From Eukaryota sp. GEM-RC1 (lineage: Eukaryota), in the NCBI GenBank assembly GCA_040285855.1, contig JAUFOQ010000003.1, forward strand, positions 682,001-746,000: 64,000 nucleotides of DNA. The letters run 5' to 3'. The translations under genes and the position numbers were made by a program. Each line of letters starts with the position of its first letter. Position 1 is the first letter of the stretch. The notes beneath the pieces were generated by a model. The model saw only the letters and a program-made list of their open reading frames with translations, was not told the DNA's origin and made no database searches. Below are positions 1-11,747 of the stretch, piece by piece.

Positions 1-1319
1 GTTAGAATAAGGTCGGTGGCAAACCAAACAGCAAACACAAAACCAGGGAATAATAGAGAAGTTCTAAGGGTTGTCCTCTTCCAATGTTTTCCACTAAAGT
101 TCTTATAGACTCTTGCTGAGGTGTACCCAGCAGCATATCCTCCTAGAACAAAGAAGACCAGCAATGACGTCATCAGAGCTCCTCTATGAGCTGGTGATAG
201 GAATCCAAGGACTGCAAAGAGCAGCGTGGCACAGAGCATGACTCCTATTTGAACACCACTTCCAATACAAGAAGCAAAGAACGAAGGGAATCTTGGAGGT
301 CTAAAAACATCTCCATGGATCATCTTCCAGCCATAGTCTTCTTCATACTCGTCTAAAGAAGGATTATTGTATCTAAAGAGATCACTCTTAAGAGTACGGG
401 TCAGAATCATAGCGACAATGACAGTCAAAAAGGCCACAATCAACAACGCGTGTATAACTGAGAACCACTGGAACTCTCGATGAGCCTGGAAGAAGTAGTT
501 ATCCCATCTACTTTTCCAAGGGATATTAGAGGGAATAAACCTAGTTTCATAAGTCCAGTAGACTTGGTTAGTTGTCTTTCCTTCCTTCAATACCATTGGT
601 TGTGAGACTAAAGACTCGTCGTATTCGACTATCCTACCATTCTCAACTTTGGCATTGGCCTTCTTCCAGTCAACAGAGAAGTATTCCACTTCGAAACCAA
701 CAACACGGGCAACAAAGGGATCATTGGGGGAGGATTCTGTGGGGGAAACTTTGTAGTAGAGGATGTTGATTCTGTGGTGGTTGTGGAGGATTGTTTTGTC
801 TTTAGAGAAGACGTGACCAAGAGGAAAGCCCTGTTCATAGATAGATTCGGCGACTTTCACAAAGACAGAGAGGTTGTCGAGTATCCAATTGATACGGTAC
901 TTCTGGGAGATGTGACGTTTGAGAGAGTTGAGTTGAGAGTCCGTGTAGTCTTTTGTGCAGAGGATTCGAGGCTGTGAGTCTGGTTTGTTCATTTGGATTT
1001 GATAAAGAGAAGACTGACGAACATGGCCAGAGATTAAGTCACCCAGGTTGCGCTTGTCTTCAATGAGCTTGTCTGGTTTGCAGAGAGGGAGGTCGTAGGG
1101 TTTGAAAGGAATTGTGGTGATGTTGGAGGTGAGATGAGATGCCCATAGAGGAATAGTATCTCCTTCTTGCCAGTTGACCATTTGGATTCCAGGCAAATGG
1201 AAGTCATTTGCTTTGGACAGAACAAAGATGAGAAGAGCTACAAGGCCTACAACTGCTCCTGTTTGAATGAACAGACGAGTCTTTGGGGGTAAGTCCTTGT
1301 ACTTTGTTGTAAGAGCCAT
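1..1319 (-). CDS. Nonaspanin / TM9SF (EMP70/endomembrane protein 70) family, runs off the window edge
   Basis: Manual translation from ATG at 1319: MALTTKYKDLP...YRINWILDNL...YEQGFPLG...WKSRWDNYF...QWFSVIHALLIVAFL...EEDYGWKMIHGDVFRPP...LGFLSPAHRGALMT, which are hallmark TM9SF motifs; not in the ORF track because it has no stop in the window. Confidence 0.92.
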   Translation of the reverse strand, partial: MALTTKYKDLPPKTRLFIQTGAVVGLVALLIFVLSKANDFHLPGIQMVNWQEGDTIPLWASHLTSNITTIPFKPYDLPLCKPDKLIEDKRNLGDLISGHVRQSSLYQIQMNKPDSQPRILCTKDYTDSQLNSLKRHISQKYRINWILDNLSVFVKVAESIYEQGFPLGHVFSKDKTILHNHHRINILYYKVSPTESSPNDPFVARVVGFEVEYFSVDWKKANAKVENGRIVEYDESLVSQPMVLKEGKTTNQVYWTYETRFIPSNIPWKSRWDNYFFQAHREFQWFSVIHALLIVAFLTVIVAMILTRTLKSDLFRYNNPSLDEYEEDYGWKMIHGDVFRPPRFPSFFASCIGSGVQIGVMLCATLLFAVLGFLSPAHRGALMTSLLVFFVLGGYAAGYTSARVYKNFSGKHWKRTTLRTSLLFPGFVFAVWFATDLIL

Positions 1320-2159
1320 TGGTCCTTTTATAGAGTGAATTTGAATTTAAATTGCAATTGGGCTAAACATCGAGTCACTGAATCAAACATTCATTGCTGT
1401 TTTTTATTTGTCACAACTGTGTTTCTGTACATAATCTCTTACTCTTGAGACTGTTGGTTGTATTAGAACAATATGATTCATCGTTTTGTTTGGATTTAAT
1501 CTTAACATTATTTGTGTGTAGCAAGGTTACGTTATTGAGTACCGAATAAAGTCTTTTCGGGTCAATCTCAGGTCATCTATATTATTCGTAATATCAAGTC
1601 AATTTACAGTAAAGTAAATTTGGATGACCCTGCTTAGTGCAATCAAAAGTTACATTCATGATTTGTATTTGTTACATTTGCTATTTCTATTCTTCGTCGA
1701 ATTGGTGAAATGGCTTCTCAGTATTAACTTGAATCAAGATTGATTTATTCAAGGTCTTTATTTTGTATCCACGCGGATGTCTCAGAACAAGAGATTCAAC
1801 TTATTAATTTTGTAAACACTGTTTGTAATAATATCCCAAATCATAACTTCCGATCTATGTCCAAATTAGTGCTTGAACGATGATAGTATCAGTAAGATGA
1901 AAAGAACTTTTGTACTGTTGACCTGAGGTCTTCTGTTTCTGGTGTTTCATAGATTACGTTATTGTTATTATGTTTGTCTGTTTTCATCTAAAAACTGTTA
2001 GAACTCTAATATAGATATTCATGATTTGTTGGAAGGTCTTCAACAGTGACCAATATACATTACACACACATTGTTAATGAGATAATGGAAACACAATGAG
2101 CTACCAAACAAGTTGAAACACATTCTACTAATCTAATATATAAAAAACGGGGTTTATGA

Positions 2160-2590
2160 TCAGTCAGTGAAATAGATGCATTTGCAGAAGTTGTAACTAA
2201 CAGACACTAACTAAAGTATCTAAACTATGATCCTTCTGTCCATCACCGAACAACTTACCTAAAATTGAATTAAAATATCTATGCATTGAACGAAACAACG
2301 CAAACGATAACCTACTCAACCAAAAGTTTTCATTGAAACCTTTACCGTATTCAGAACACAAGTTACCGAAGGAAGTTAAAAAAACGTTGTGCAGCTGGTC
2401 CAATATTACCGTATATCGACATCGCAAAAGGTTGCAACACAAAAGAATTGTACCTGTCAACATTCAATTGGTTAATTAAGTGACAGTACTTTGATTTATT
2501 TCCTTTTTCAGCCACTTCAAGAGCAGAAAAATCATCATCAAAAATTTTGGAAACTGATCTAATATATAAGTTTTCAGTAAACAATTATTA
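2160..2590 (-). mobile_element. Degenerate 3' fragment of an RLE-type non-LTR retrotransposon
   Basis: Frameshifted ORF pieces AEKGNKSKY...FVLQPFAMSIYGNIGPAAQRFF...FWLSRLSFALFRSMHRY resemble the C-terminal half of restriction-like endonuclease domains. Confidence 0.6.
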
Positions 2591-2613
2591 TTGACAACAA
2601 CACTAGAGTGAAC

Positions 2614-3322
2614 CAGGAATGTAAAATAAATAAATATATTGTACAATAACAATAAATATATTTATTGTTATCTTATTGTGGACATCTCTCTCAACAATAT
2701 ATTTATCTTCAAAACTCAACAATATACGATATATTTCAATAAGATAAGATAATTCAAGAACGTTTTTTTTCTTGTTGTAACCTGATTTTTTCTTGATGTC
2801 AATTTTGTATAAAGTAAGATTGTGTTGAAGCATTTGAACTCCAAGGTAACAGAGAACCATGCAATCACGGTGGCTTAAATAAAAGATTGAACAAACGTAA
2901 ACAGCAACGAACTAATCAAGATCCACAGTATATAGATTTAAATTGGATACCTGCAACTAGAAATGAAGATGGGATGCTTTTCAGTCTAGCTCAGAAGGAC
3001 TTCAGGAAACACTCAACCAAATCGGAACTCAAAAGCGTTAGGAAAGCAACTTTTCTTGTTGTACAATGTTGATCTGTGGGATCAAACTTCTATTGGAAAA
3101 ATTTAAATAAAGTATCTCACATCTCAATACAATCAGGTTACAAGTGATGAATGTGATCAAATTCTTGCTCTTAGTGATTTGTTACTGTCGTTATTGAAGA
3201 TATATTTATTGTTTTGACTCAAGATAACCAATAAATAAGATAAGATATCAATTCAGACAATATATTTATTGTTGAATGTCAGAAAAACAATAAGATAACA
3301 ATAAGATATTTTTACATTGCTG
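2614..3322. mobile_element. hAT-type non-autonomous element (MITE)
   Basis: Termini CAGGAATGTAAAA / TTTTACATTGCTG, subterminal inverted TTATTGTTATCTTATTG, perfect 8-bp TSD GAGTGAAC (2606-2613, 3323-3330); related partial copy at 26859-27862. Confidence 0.85.
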
Positions 3323-3330
3323 GAGTGAAC

Positions 3331-3865
3331 ATACATCTAATAATCAATATCCTCAAGTCCAGATTGCCTATCTGGAAATTCTCACCAATTGTATCCTCAT
3401 AATGTCTGCCCAGAAATAATAAAGCACTAGACAAAAGTCACCATACGTTTCAAGATAGCAAACACAATTGGATTTTTCCAAAACCTTAGATCAACATTCT
3501 TAGATGATTTTTCTTTTACAATCTTCACAAAGATTTCCAGTAATGATTTTGCAGATTCACCTAAAGAACCGTATTGTGAAAATACAAAAGGGTACAACAA
3601 GTAATTCGAGTGTGAAACCGAATTCAATAATTTCAATTTAGCACAATATTTTTCCATTTTAAATTTTTCACAAATCAACTGGGGTTTTTTAACATCAGAA
3701 ATAGCAAGTGTCTTATTGGAACCATTACAAACATCGATAGACATAACATCAGCAATAATGAAAGATCCATCAAGACCAGGAAATATGACAACACCACGGC
3801 TATTTCCAAACGATTTGTCAACATCCATATCATCAAACAAATCAGTCAGACTGGTTCTGAAAAAG
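3331..3865 (-). mobile_element. 5'-truncated RLE-type non-LTR retrotransposon remnant
   Basis: ORF 3427-3840: SRGVVIFPGLDGSFIIADV...EKFKMEKY...YPFVFSQYGSLGESA...FWKNPIVFAI (PD-(D/E)xK-like RLE); close paralog at 15700-16345. Confidence 0.7.
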
Positions 3866-4005
3866 TAAACTATTTAAAAAATACAATAATATGTGTTAGT
3901 TCGACCAACTCAACATACAAAAGTTCTACAAATCTCAAAAAGAAATCTCAATCTAAAAAAAGTCTTCTAAACTACTGCATGTGTAAATCCTACATAATTT
4001 ACAAT

Positions 4006-5628
4006 TTATTCATCGCTCAAATATTCAAAATGATCACTCAGACCCCCTTCTTCTGCTTCGTCATTACCAAAACTTAAAACACTACACTTCACACCCATGG
4101 GAGCCACTATTCCACTAACTCCCCTACTCTTCTCGTCAACACTAATAGTTGACAACCGTTGAGAAACACTAAAGGTGACATTCCTCCTCTCCGAAGCCTC
4201 CTTAAAGCAATTCTCACACACCCTAGACATGCTAGTCTCTGCTCTCAGCACCATCCTATTCTTAGTACAATTACCACAGTAAATACCTCCACAGGACCTG
4301 CAATGATGACGTCTCTTTAACAGAGTGAAATGAATACCACAGTTAGAACATTCACTAGTTAGATTATCAGGTTTCCATACAGCAGCAGCTAACGACTTAA
4401 TACCAGCATGAGCTCGCGAACAACTCTCCAACACTTCCCTCCACCCGTCTATTTCCTTCTGGTTCTCCCCGTACAGAGTAAACGTCTTCTCACTGGTATG
4501 GATGGTTAACCCGTGGTCAAAAGGGCTTCCAGACAAATCATCAGTAACATACCAGCTCTCCACTGTCCTTCCCAGAGTCCAAAGATTCTTACCACCACAG
4601 TACAACAACATATCATTAAACAAAATAACCCTCTTCAGCTGCAACGACCCTCTGCGTGTCAGTTTCTTTAAAATTCCCTCCTTTACCAATCTTCTGTGAG
4701 GCTGTATCAGTCTGAGTCCATCCTGACTCCTACTAAAGATCAACTGACGTTCAATGTCAATGATCTTCAACCGATCCTCCCACTCTCTTAACTTCTCATT
4801 AACCACTCCTGCTACCGTCTTCACGCTCTGGAGAGCTTCTGAAACTCCAGAGAAATCAGGGTGTTCTTCGGGGGTTCTCTTTAACACCGCTTCTAAAAGT
4901 AATCTATATCTAGGCACTCGTTGGACAGGCATGATAAGGAAGGAGGAGATGTCCATACCACGTAGGGATGGATTACATTCGATTTGAAGAAGAAGTTCAG
5001 TTAGTTTGCGACTAGATGAACGTCTGAAATCAGCAATATGTTCAGTGACTTTTTCAAATTGAGCAATATAAGTAGTATAGAACTTAAGAAAGGGTGTTAT
5101 TTGACGAAACACGTTTGCGACTGACCAAAGTTGAACTTCACCTACTTCATCGTGTTTACATTCCAGGACAGACTCCATTTGCTTTAGATCTTCGTCTTCA
5201 CTGTCAGACGGTGGATAAGGTGAAGGATACTTGATATTGGCATCATTCAGAGAATCTAAGGGGATTCTATGGCGAAGAGAACGACGTAGGATACGGTTGA
5301 GAGATCTAATACTGCGAAGTGCTGAGAGAATACGATCTATAGGACCTTGAGATGAAACAGCCAGTGATGAAGTAGATTTGTGTAGAAAGTTTGATAAAGG
5401 ATCTAGGATGTCGACTTCAAGAACTTTGATATCATGGGTATACCGAATTTCGGTCTGACATAGCTCAATGATAGCATAGCGTCGTTTAACAGACATATGA
5501 CACTGATCACAGTTGCCACAATCACAATTAATATACACTGGTGGTTGAAAGGTAGCTACTTCATGCACAGGAGAAGTAGCTGGTGACAGATCATATGAGC
5601 TGAAAATTGGAGGAGGTTGAAGGGACAT
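4006..5628 (-). CDS. DH (RhoGEF)-PH-FYVE protein, FGD/frabin-like
   Basis: DH motifs ELCQTEIRY and SFLIMPVQRVPRYRLLLEAVLKRTPEEHPD; PH domain; FYVE WKPD..C..C..F.LLKRRHHCRSCG..C..C..RVC..C. Confidence 0.92.
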   Translation of the reverse strand: MSLQPPPIFSSYDLSPATSPVHEVATFQPPVYINCDCGNCDQCHMSVKRRYAIIELCQTEIRYTHDIKVLEVDILDPLSNFLHKSTSSLAVSSQGPIDRILSALRSIRSLNRILRRSLRHRIPLDSLNDANIKYPSPYPPSDSEDEDLKQMESVLECKHDEVGEVQLWSVANVFRQITPFLKFYTTYIAQFEKVTEHIADFRRSSSRKLTELLLQIECNPSLRGMDISSFLIMPVQRVPRYRLLLEAVLKRTPEEHPDFSGVSEALQSVKTVAGVVNEKLREWEDRLKIIDIERQLIFSRSQDGLRLIQPHRRLVKEGILKKLTRRGSLQLKRVILFNDMLLYCGGKNLWTLGRTVESWYVTDDLSGSPFDHGLTIHTSEKTFTLYGENQKEIDGWREVLESCSRAHAGIKSLAAAVWKPDNLTSECSNCGIHFTLLKRRHHCRSCGGIYCGNCTKNRMVLRAETSMSRVCENCFKEASERRNVTFSVSQRLSTISVDEKSRGVSGIVAPMGVKCSVLSFGNDEAEEGGLSDHFEYLSDE

Positions 5629-5765
5629 TTTCGAACTGAGGAAAACTTCTCCTGTGATTGATGAGTTTGCGTTACTTCAAATGAATAGCCATTTCCCCAA
5701 TGTATCCTTTGCTGTTTCGTCGTCTGATGAATCTGATGAGTTTGCAGATGATTATGTAGAAGATC

Positions 5766-7040
5766 ATGCCCCCAAAATGTAAACCCCAATCCTGAGTCCC
5801 CATTTGCAACTCCTTGCCTATCTTCTCGTAGTGTTCCTGACTCCAAGGCCGTTAACACCCAATGAATGTTCTTGTTTTTCAGCAATGACTCCCAGTGATA
5901 TCCCCTATTCTTCTTACGCTAACCGCCAACCCAGTACCCAGGTACGCAAAGCATGGCGTGATTTATTCTCCTTTAACAAGACTAAGAGTCTCAAAACCCT
6001 TCTCAAACATTCTCCCCAAGGGTTTTCCTTACCTCACACGCGTTCTCCTGCTTGTCTCTCTTTCCAAACTCTACTACGTCCCCCGAAGCTCAGTCATGGA
6101 CTATCACACCACTTCCCCGACGTCCAAATCCTCAAAGAAGACCCCTCTCAACTACCAATCTGTATCAAGCTTAAGTTCTTTAAAGCCTCTGGTCTTCCTC
6201 CTGCTCCTTCTGACTTTGATCTCTCTTCAGTCTGTGCTAGGATTGTTTTGATCAAGAACGACGACCCCACACTTCCTCTCTCCAATGTTCACGTTGTTTT
6301 TAGGTCGGAGGGACGCCAAAACTGGGAATTGGTTGTTTGATCAGGAGAATTTGGCTATTGTGTGTCTGCCTAGTCCTTTTAGAGAACAGGAGACTTCGAT
6401 TTATATTGAGTTTTGTTACAATTTGACGAGGAAGTCTCATGATTACTGCTTTAAAGTCAGTGATTGTTCAATCACAGTTCCAAGAACGGAAGTTGATAGG
6501 GCTCAGCTGTTAATGGAAAAGAATTTACCACTAACTGATATTGAGAATGGTGTTTTCTCTTTTAAACCTACCATTCCAAAGAAAAACACGCTGGATTGGT
6601 CTTTAAATTTCTATTCGCCTGTTGTTACCAATCGTACGGCTTTCCATTTTATTTCAAATTTGATCACAATTTGGGGTAAGTTAGCTCTTCATGAAGAAAA
6701 TGCAAATCCGATGGTAATTGATAGTCACAGTCATTCAGAAGATTTGAAATTTTTAATGAGGAACATTTCAATTATTCTAGAAAAGGATTTTGCTGACGTG
6801 TTTATTGACAAATATTATTCCGCGTTGTCTTCTAAATTAGTAAAAGATCCAGAAAATCTCTTTAGTCAGGTAAATTTACTCAAGAAGCTATTAATTGTGA
6901 TTCTTCCAGTAATCAACACTTTGAAAGACAAGACCAAAATTATTAAATTATTGGAAAATTTTGATCATCCAGAACGTATTTTTTATGACTTTTTGGATCA
7001 AGACTTAATTCCAGCTCCTTTGTCGACACTTTTGGGATGA
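5766..7040 (+). CDS. Hypothetical protein resembling the nephrocystin-1 (NPHP1) C2-like region; one intron and one frameshift
   Basis: ATG 5766 plus GT-AG intron 5779-5831 gives MPPKLFLTPRP in frame with ORF 5804; T-run frameshift near 6297 joins ORF 6285; LSNVHVV...W.F and IYIEF pattern recalls NPHP1 (from memory). Confidence 0.45.
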
Positions 7041-7711
7041 AACCTAGACCCGGTGTCAATAGGTTTTTTATCTTTTTGGCTTTTCAGTGATGGTCTGTCA
7101 GTCACTCTAAAGCATCCATTCTTCTAATGGTGATTGACTTGGAGTTACAGCGGCTGATGACGTCATCAGGGCTGTTGTCATGGCAAAACTTTCTTCGGAA
7201 ATTATTCGTTATTGATGTTCTTATCTCTAAGTGAGTGTTATTCTAGTTCAAACAGAATCACTTTTTAAACACATTCTGAACTACATGATCTCTTTCTCAG
7301 AAAAGAGTTGGTTGCTCGTAAGTACATGTTTTTAGCAGAAGAATTCAAATTTCCGTATTATTTTGATACATGTTCTTTTCGTTGTGTTGTTTAGATAATG
7401 ATGCACCACGTACTTTTTGTGTATTTTAATAAAATAATGCAATAACCACAAAATTCAAATTGAATCTAACTACTAATACAAATGGAGGTTTTTCGAATCA
7501 TCAGTTGTGATTCATTTAACTCTTCCTTTTTTCTAAAAATTGATCAAAACACAAATCTCTGATGGCACAGAACTGTAAACAGAAAGACAGATTCATTTCT
7601 GCAAAATCAGAGAGAGAGAAGGCAACGAATAACACAAATTGAGCCAAATCTAGAAGACGTTAGGTGGTGACCAATTCTTGGGGAACTGAATCCGGATTTG
7701 GACTATTTCCA

Positions 7712-8053
7712 ATGACAATCGCGATCTTCTTATTTGCCTTGTTAGCTACTTGTGCTTTTGCGAGTATTTCAGGTGCTAGGGTTTCCAACGATGCTTGTTC
7801 AATGAAACTGATTGATGCTAAAACAGACGGATACTGGGAGAACCTGCCTTCACTTCTGCAGCCCGGAGTATCCTATATTTCTTCCACAGGACAGTTCGCG
7901 GAGGCTATTTATCAGTTCAAAAACTGTAGAAGTTCCGAAAACGTAACAATGGGGTGGGACACACGCACAGGACTTAACATGTACTGTCGCCCTGGATGCA
8001 GTGTAGCTTTTCGTTTCTCATCCTTTTTGACATATTCATTCGTCAAAGAGTAG
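7712..8053 (+). CDS. Small secreted beta-rich protein (possible aegerolysin/crystal-protein-like fold)
   Basis: Signal peptide MTIAIFLFALLATCAFA; G.W...P..L.PG and V.M.WD....N.Y pattern. Confidence 0.5.
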   Translation: MTIAIFLFALLATCAFASISGARVSNDACSMKLIDAKTDGYWENLPSLLQPGVSYISSTGQFAEAIYQFKNCRSSENVTMGWDTRTGLNMYCRPGCSVAFRFSSFLTYSFVKE

Positions 8054-8231
8054 ATTTGGTAAAGTAATCCGCATTTTTAAGGAAGAACTCTAATTGTTCT
8101 TACATCACAGTTTTTAGCTGGTTAAAGATCAATGAAATCATAAGAATGACGATCTCTAAATTTGTGAAATATGACTAAACTGATTATAAATTGAGCTCAC
8201 AAAGTAACATGAATATAGTTAATGAAGGACT

Positions 8232-8697
8232 TTATTCAGTACCCAGTATATTAACCTTCCTACAAAACAATGAAATTCCAAACACAAACAAATAATAGTA
8301 AGTATAAATCCAAACGACTTCATCATCATCCGGTAAAAGATTACGTTTTTCAACATTAACCTTCACACCAAACTTGTACAATTTCTTAATTGATCGAGAG
8401 AAATAGAAATGCATATTCCAGTATATGGAAAAGACTATACGGTTTTTACATTCAGCCATTCTAAACTTACGCTTCTTTTCTTTACACATTTCTTCGAAAT
8501 CCTTGAAAAATTGATCATCAGCAGGACCAATCGATCCAAAAGAGAATCAGCAAAAGGTTGAAACACAAATTTGAAATATGAGTTTCTATTTAATTCTTCT
8601 ACTTGAGAGCCATACTTGGAGTGTTTGAGCTGTTCAGCAGCTGTTAACGGATTAAACGAAGAATCTAATATCCTACAAATACAAGATTTGCTACACT
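8232..8697 (-). mobile_element. Decayed RLE non-LTR retrotransposon 3' fragment
   Basis: AEQLKHSKYG...GSIGPADDQFF...CKNRIVFSIYWNM; nucleotide-similar segment at 56440-56600. Confidence 0.6.
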
Positions 8698-8705
8698 AAT
8701 TGAAC

Positions 8706-10145
8706 CAGGGGTGGGAAAACAATACTGCAGTAAATATAAACAGATTTTATCCATAAAATAAATATTGCAATTCTGAAAGAGTACCAATAAATATTGCAAT
8801 TCTTCAACCAATATCGCAATATTTCAATATTGCAACAATGTAAATCATATGATGTATTTATCACAAAAAACCCACATATTCTATTGTTCATCATCATCAT
8901 CAGAAGTATCCGAAATAATCTCAATACCCTTATCTACATCTGCCAGTTTTTTACTGCTCATGATAAGTCTTACAGTAGCTTCATCCCAAAAAATCACTGT
9001 TTTCTTTCCTCATTATTTGCATTTCCAGGGCAAGAGGGGTTCAGAAGAAAGAATATGTATTGCACTTCAGTAAACACTCGAACTGAGCTCAAATGACATA
9101 CAATATGATAATACAACAATTAGAAATCATCACCGATAAATCAACTCCCACTTTAGTTAAACACTCAAGACAACAAAACGGGTTTTGGGAGTCCAAATGG
9201 TGAAGTAAAAAAACAAAATGAATAACTAAAATTATTATTAGCATTATTGCAATAATGTAATTTTATGTTATAAATTAACGAAATACAAACAACTACTGTA
9301 GTACTTACAGGCCCTCTCATAAGATAATTTAAAATAATTTGAACATCAAAAAGTGCCAAAAATAAATGTGAAATAAATATAATTAAAACAAAATAAAACC
9401 CAAATAAAAACCAAATATTTTATTAGTACATTTTCTCTCAGTCACTATCGATGAATACACAATCCATTTTAGCATCCATTTCTTGTTGAAATAAGTTAGT
9501 TGACTTTCTGCTTCGTATAATTGCTCTAACTGTGCCGCCATTCCATAGAGATCTGTGGATATTCAACATTAGTTCAATAATCAGCATCGTGGACGACCAT
9601 GAGATTCGTTCACTGATCATATGCACGGATATAGTCGTTGGATTGGCTTAGAACACAGATAAAAGCCTCGTCTGCATCGGTTAGGTTCGACATAGAAATG
9701 GCAAAGTTTGAGGGAAAATGTCTCAATAAACGAGCTTGAGTATTTCACATTTCATGTCTCAAGCCAATCAACGATCTTGAGTACTAAATTAACTCATGTA
9801 ATGTAGAAATCAATGAAGTTTACTGTCCAACATTTTATTTGTATTTATTTGTATTTTGTTTTATTTTGTTTTATTTGCATGATCGCCAAAAAGGCTCAAA
9901 AATAAATAGAAATTGAAATAAATAGAAATAAATAGAATTTATATTTATTTATGAGGAGCCCTGAGTACTTAAAAGATATTAAATGATCCACATCTACTCT
10001 TGAACTACAATTGCAATAATGCAATAATTAACCGGTGTAACAATAAATTCTGGTCCACCTCAAAAACCGGAAATAAATATTGGAGCAATATTTATTGCAA
10101 TATTGGAACAGGATATTGAAGAGGAATACTGTTTTCCCACCCCTG
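8706..10145. mobile_element. hAT-type non-autonomous DNA transposon (1.44 kb including nested insert)
   Basis: Perfect 16-bp TIR CAGGGGTGGGAAAACA / TGTTTTCCCACCCCTG; 8-bp TSD AATTGAAC (8698-8705) / AATTGAAG (10146-10153); subterminal ATATTGCAA repeats. Confidence 0.9.
9308..9963. mobile_element. hAT-type MITE nested inside the 8706-10145 element
   Basis: Imperfect TIR CAGGCCCTCTCATAA / TTATGAGGAGCCCTG; perfect 8-bp TSD AGTACTTA (9300-9307, 9964-9971). Confidence 0.85.
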
Positions 10146-10212
10146 AATTGAAGTTCAGAAAAAATTACAGTATTGAACATACTGTACATATTTCTCGCCA
10201 CATTTTCTTCTT

Positions 10213-10563
10213 ATGAAAGTCTTTCTTTCACTTCTTTTGGTAGTTCTTCTTGTCCAATTGGCGTATACCCAGGATTATAAACGCGCCCTCTTTTATTCCA
10301 ATCACGGCTGTGGACTGGCCAAATGGCCAGCTGCTCGTGTCTTCAAGGATGACCATATGAGGTTTTACCCTGACCTCTCATCCTTCCCCAATACCGTACA
10401 TCCTCACTTTGAGTTTTACAACAACGGTGAACGATATATGACTTTCGAGATCACTGAACACACTTCTCTGGAAGAAATTCTAGCAGTGTTAAAAACTGAA
10501 TCCATCTACCGACACGATGATCCTCTGTATATGCCTGTTAAAGATTACGTCACTTCAAGTTAA
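10213..10563 (+). CDS. Secreted Sep15/SelM-like thioredoxin-fold protein (Cys form)
   Basis: Signal peptide; YKRALFYSNHGCGLAKWPAARVF...FYPDL...PHFEFY...TSLEEILAVL...IYR follows the SelM/Sep15 pattern. Confidence 0.6.
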   Translation: MKVFLSLLLVVLLVQLAYTQDYKRALFYSNHGCGLAKWPAARVFKDDHMRFYPDLSSFPNTVHPHFEFYNNGERYMTFEITEHTSLEEILAVLKTESIYRHDDPLYMPVKDYVTSS

Positions 10564-10781
10564 GTTTGTGCCATAATAAATCCACCATGTTTTTTGTTTC
10601 ATTATCTTAGAATTTTTTTCTCTATTTACATTCACAAAAAATTACACCACTGAAGAAAGTGTACTGTACATTGTATACTGCAGTAGTACATATATCAAAC
10701 GCATTATTATGAAAGAATTTACTTGAGTATACTACAACCAAACAGAACATCAACGAGAGAAGAAACAATGTATACAGAAAA

Positions 10782-11382
10782 TTACAATAGAGTACAGCCG
10801 CCCTTCTTCTTGGGAGCTTCAGAGCGACGGACTTGGCGAACTACTTCCGCAAACGCCTCCTCAACATTGATACAATCTTTAGCTGATGTCTCAAAGAAGG
10901 ACACCTTTTTCTTTTTTGTGAAGGATTCGCCAGTAGATTTGTCAACTTTTCGTTCTGATTCAGGAAGATCGCACTTATTACCTGCGACGACTATATTCAC
11001 GGGTTGGTCGTCCTTAACCCGTACGATAGCATCGTATAATTGTTCGACTTCCTCGAGAGACTGTGGATTATCAATAGAGTAGACTAGTAGGAAACCATGT
11101 CCTTCTTCAAAGTAAGTACTGCGCAGACTACAAAAATCTTCCTGACCAGCGGTATCCAGAATTTCTAGAGAAGAATTTTGACCATCTACAACCATTTCCT
11201 TGCGGTAGCTGTCTTCTGGGATGAATTGAATGAAGGAACAAACCAATTGTGGGATCGTATTCCGCAAAAAAATGTCCCTGTACAAGACGCAGAGTCAGTG
11301 CAGATTTACCAACGGCTCCAGATCCAAGAACGACTTACATAAGATTGGGGATTCGCATACCGAGTTTGATTTTGCCAGACAT
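10782..11382 (-). CDS. Ras-family small GTPase with two tiny introns
   Basis: Splicing out 11334-11360 (27 nt) and 11216-11243 (28 nt) gives [21 protein letters not shown]...EYDPTIEDSYRK...DTAGQE...NKCD...ETSAK...CTLL (CaaX). Confidence 0.95.
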
Positions 11383-11747
11383 GAACAGATGGAATTTGAT
11401 TTGGAAGTACAAAATTTCCTTACTACCATTGACTAGTAGTACATCTTTGACTCACGAGTCCACATCATCAATTATTTCTTTACAATAAGAAGCATGAAGT
11501 GGTGTTATTTGGCTTATACATGTACTAGTCATTAGCAATATTCTTGAATAAAAGTTTAACAATTCCAGCGTTCTTAAAGAACATACAGTACTGGTCAATG
11601 AGCAGTTGTATGTGTTTATATATTCAGATTGTAGATGAATACCAATTAGTGAGATTTACTATTTTGAAGCTCAATTGACTGATCCAATATTGCAAATAAA
11701 AGAAACTAACGAAATCGTGATATTCGAAGGGACGATGACAACGTCGT

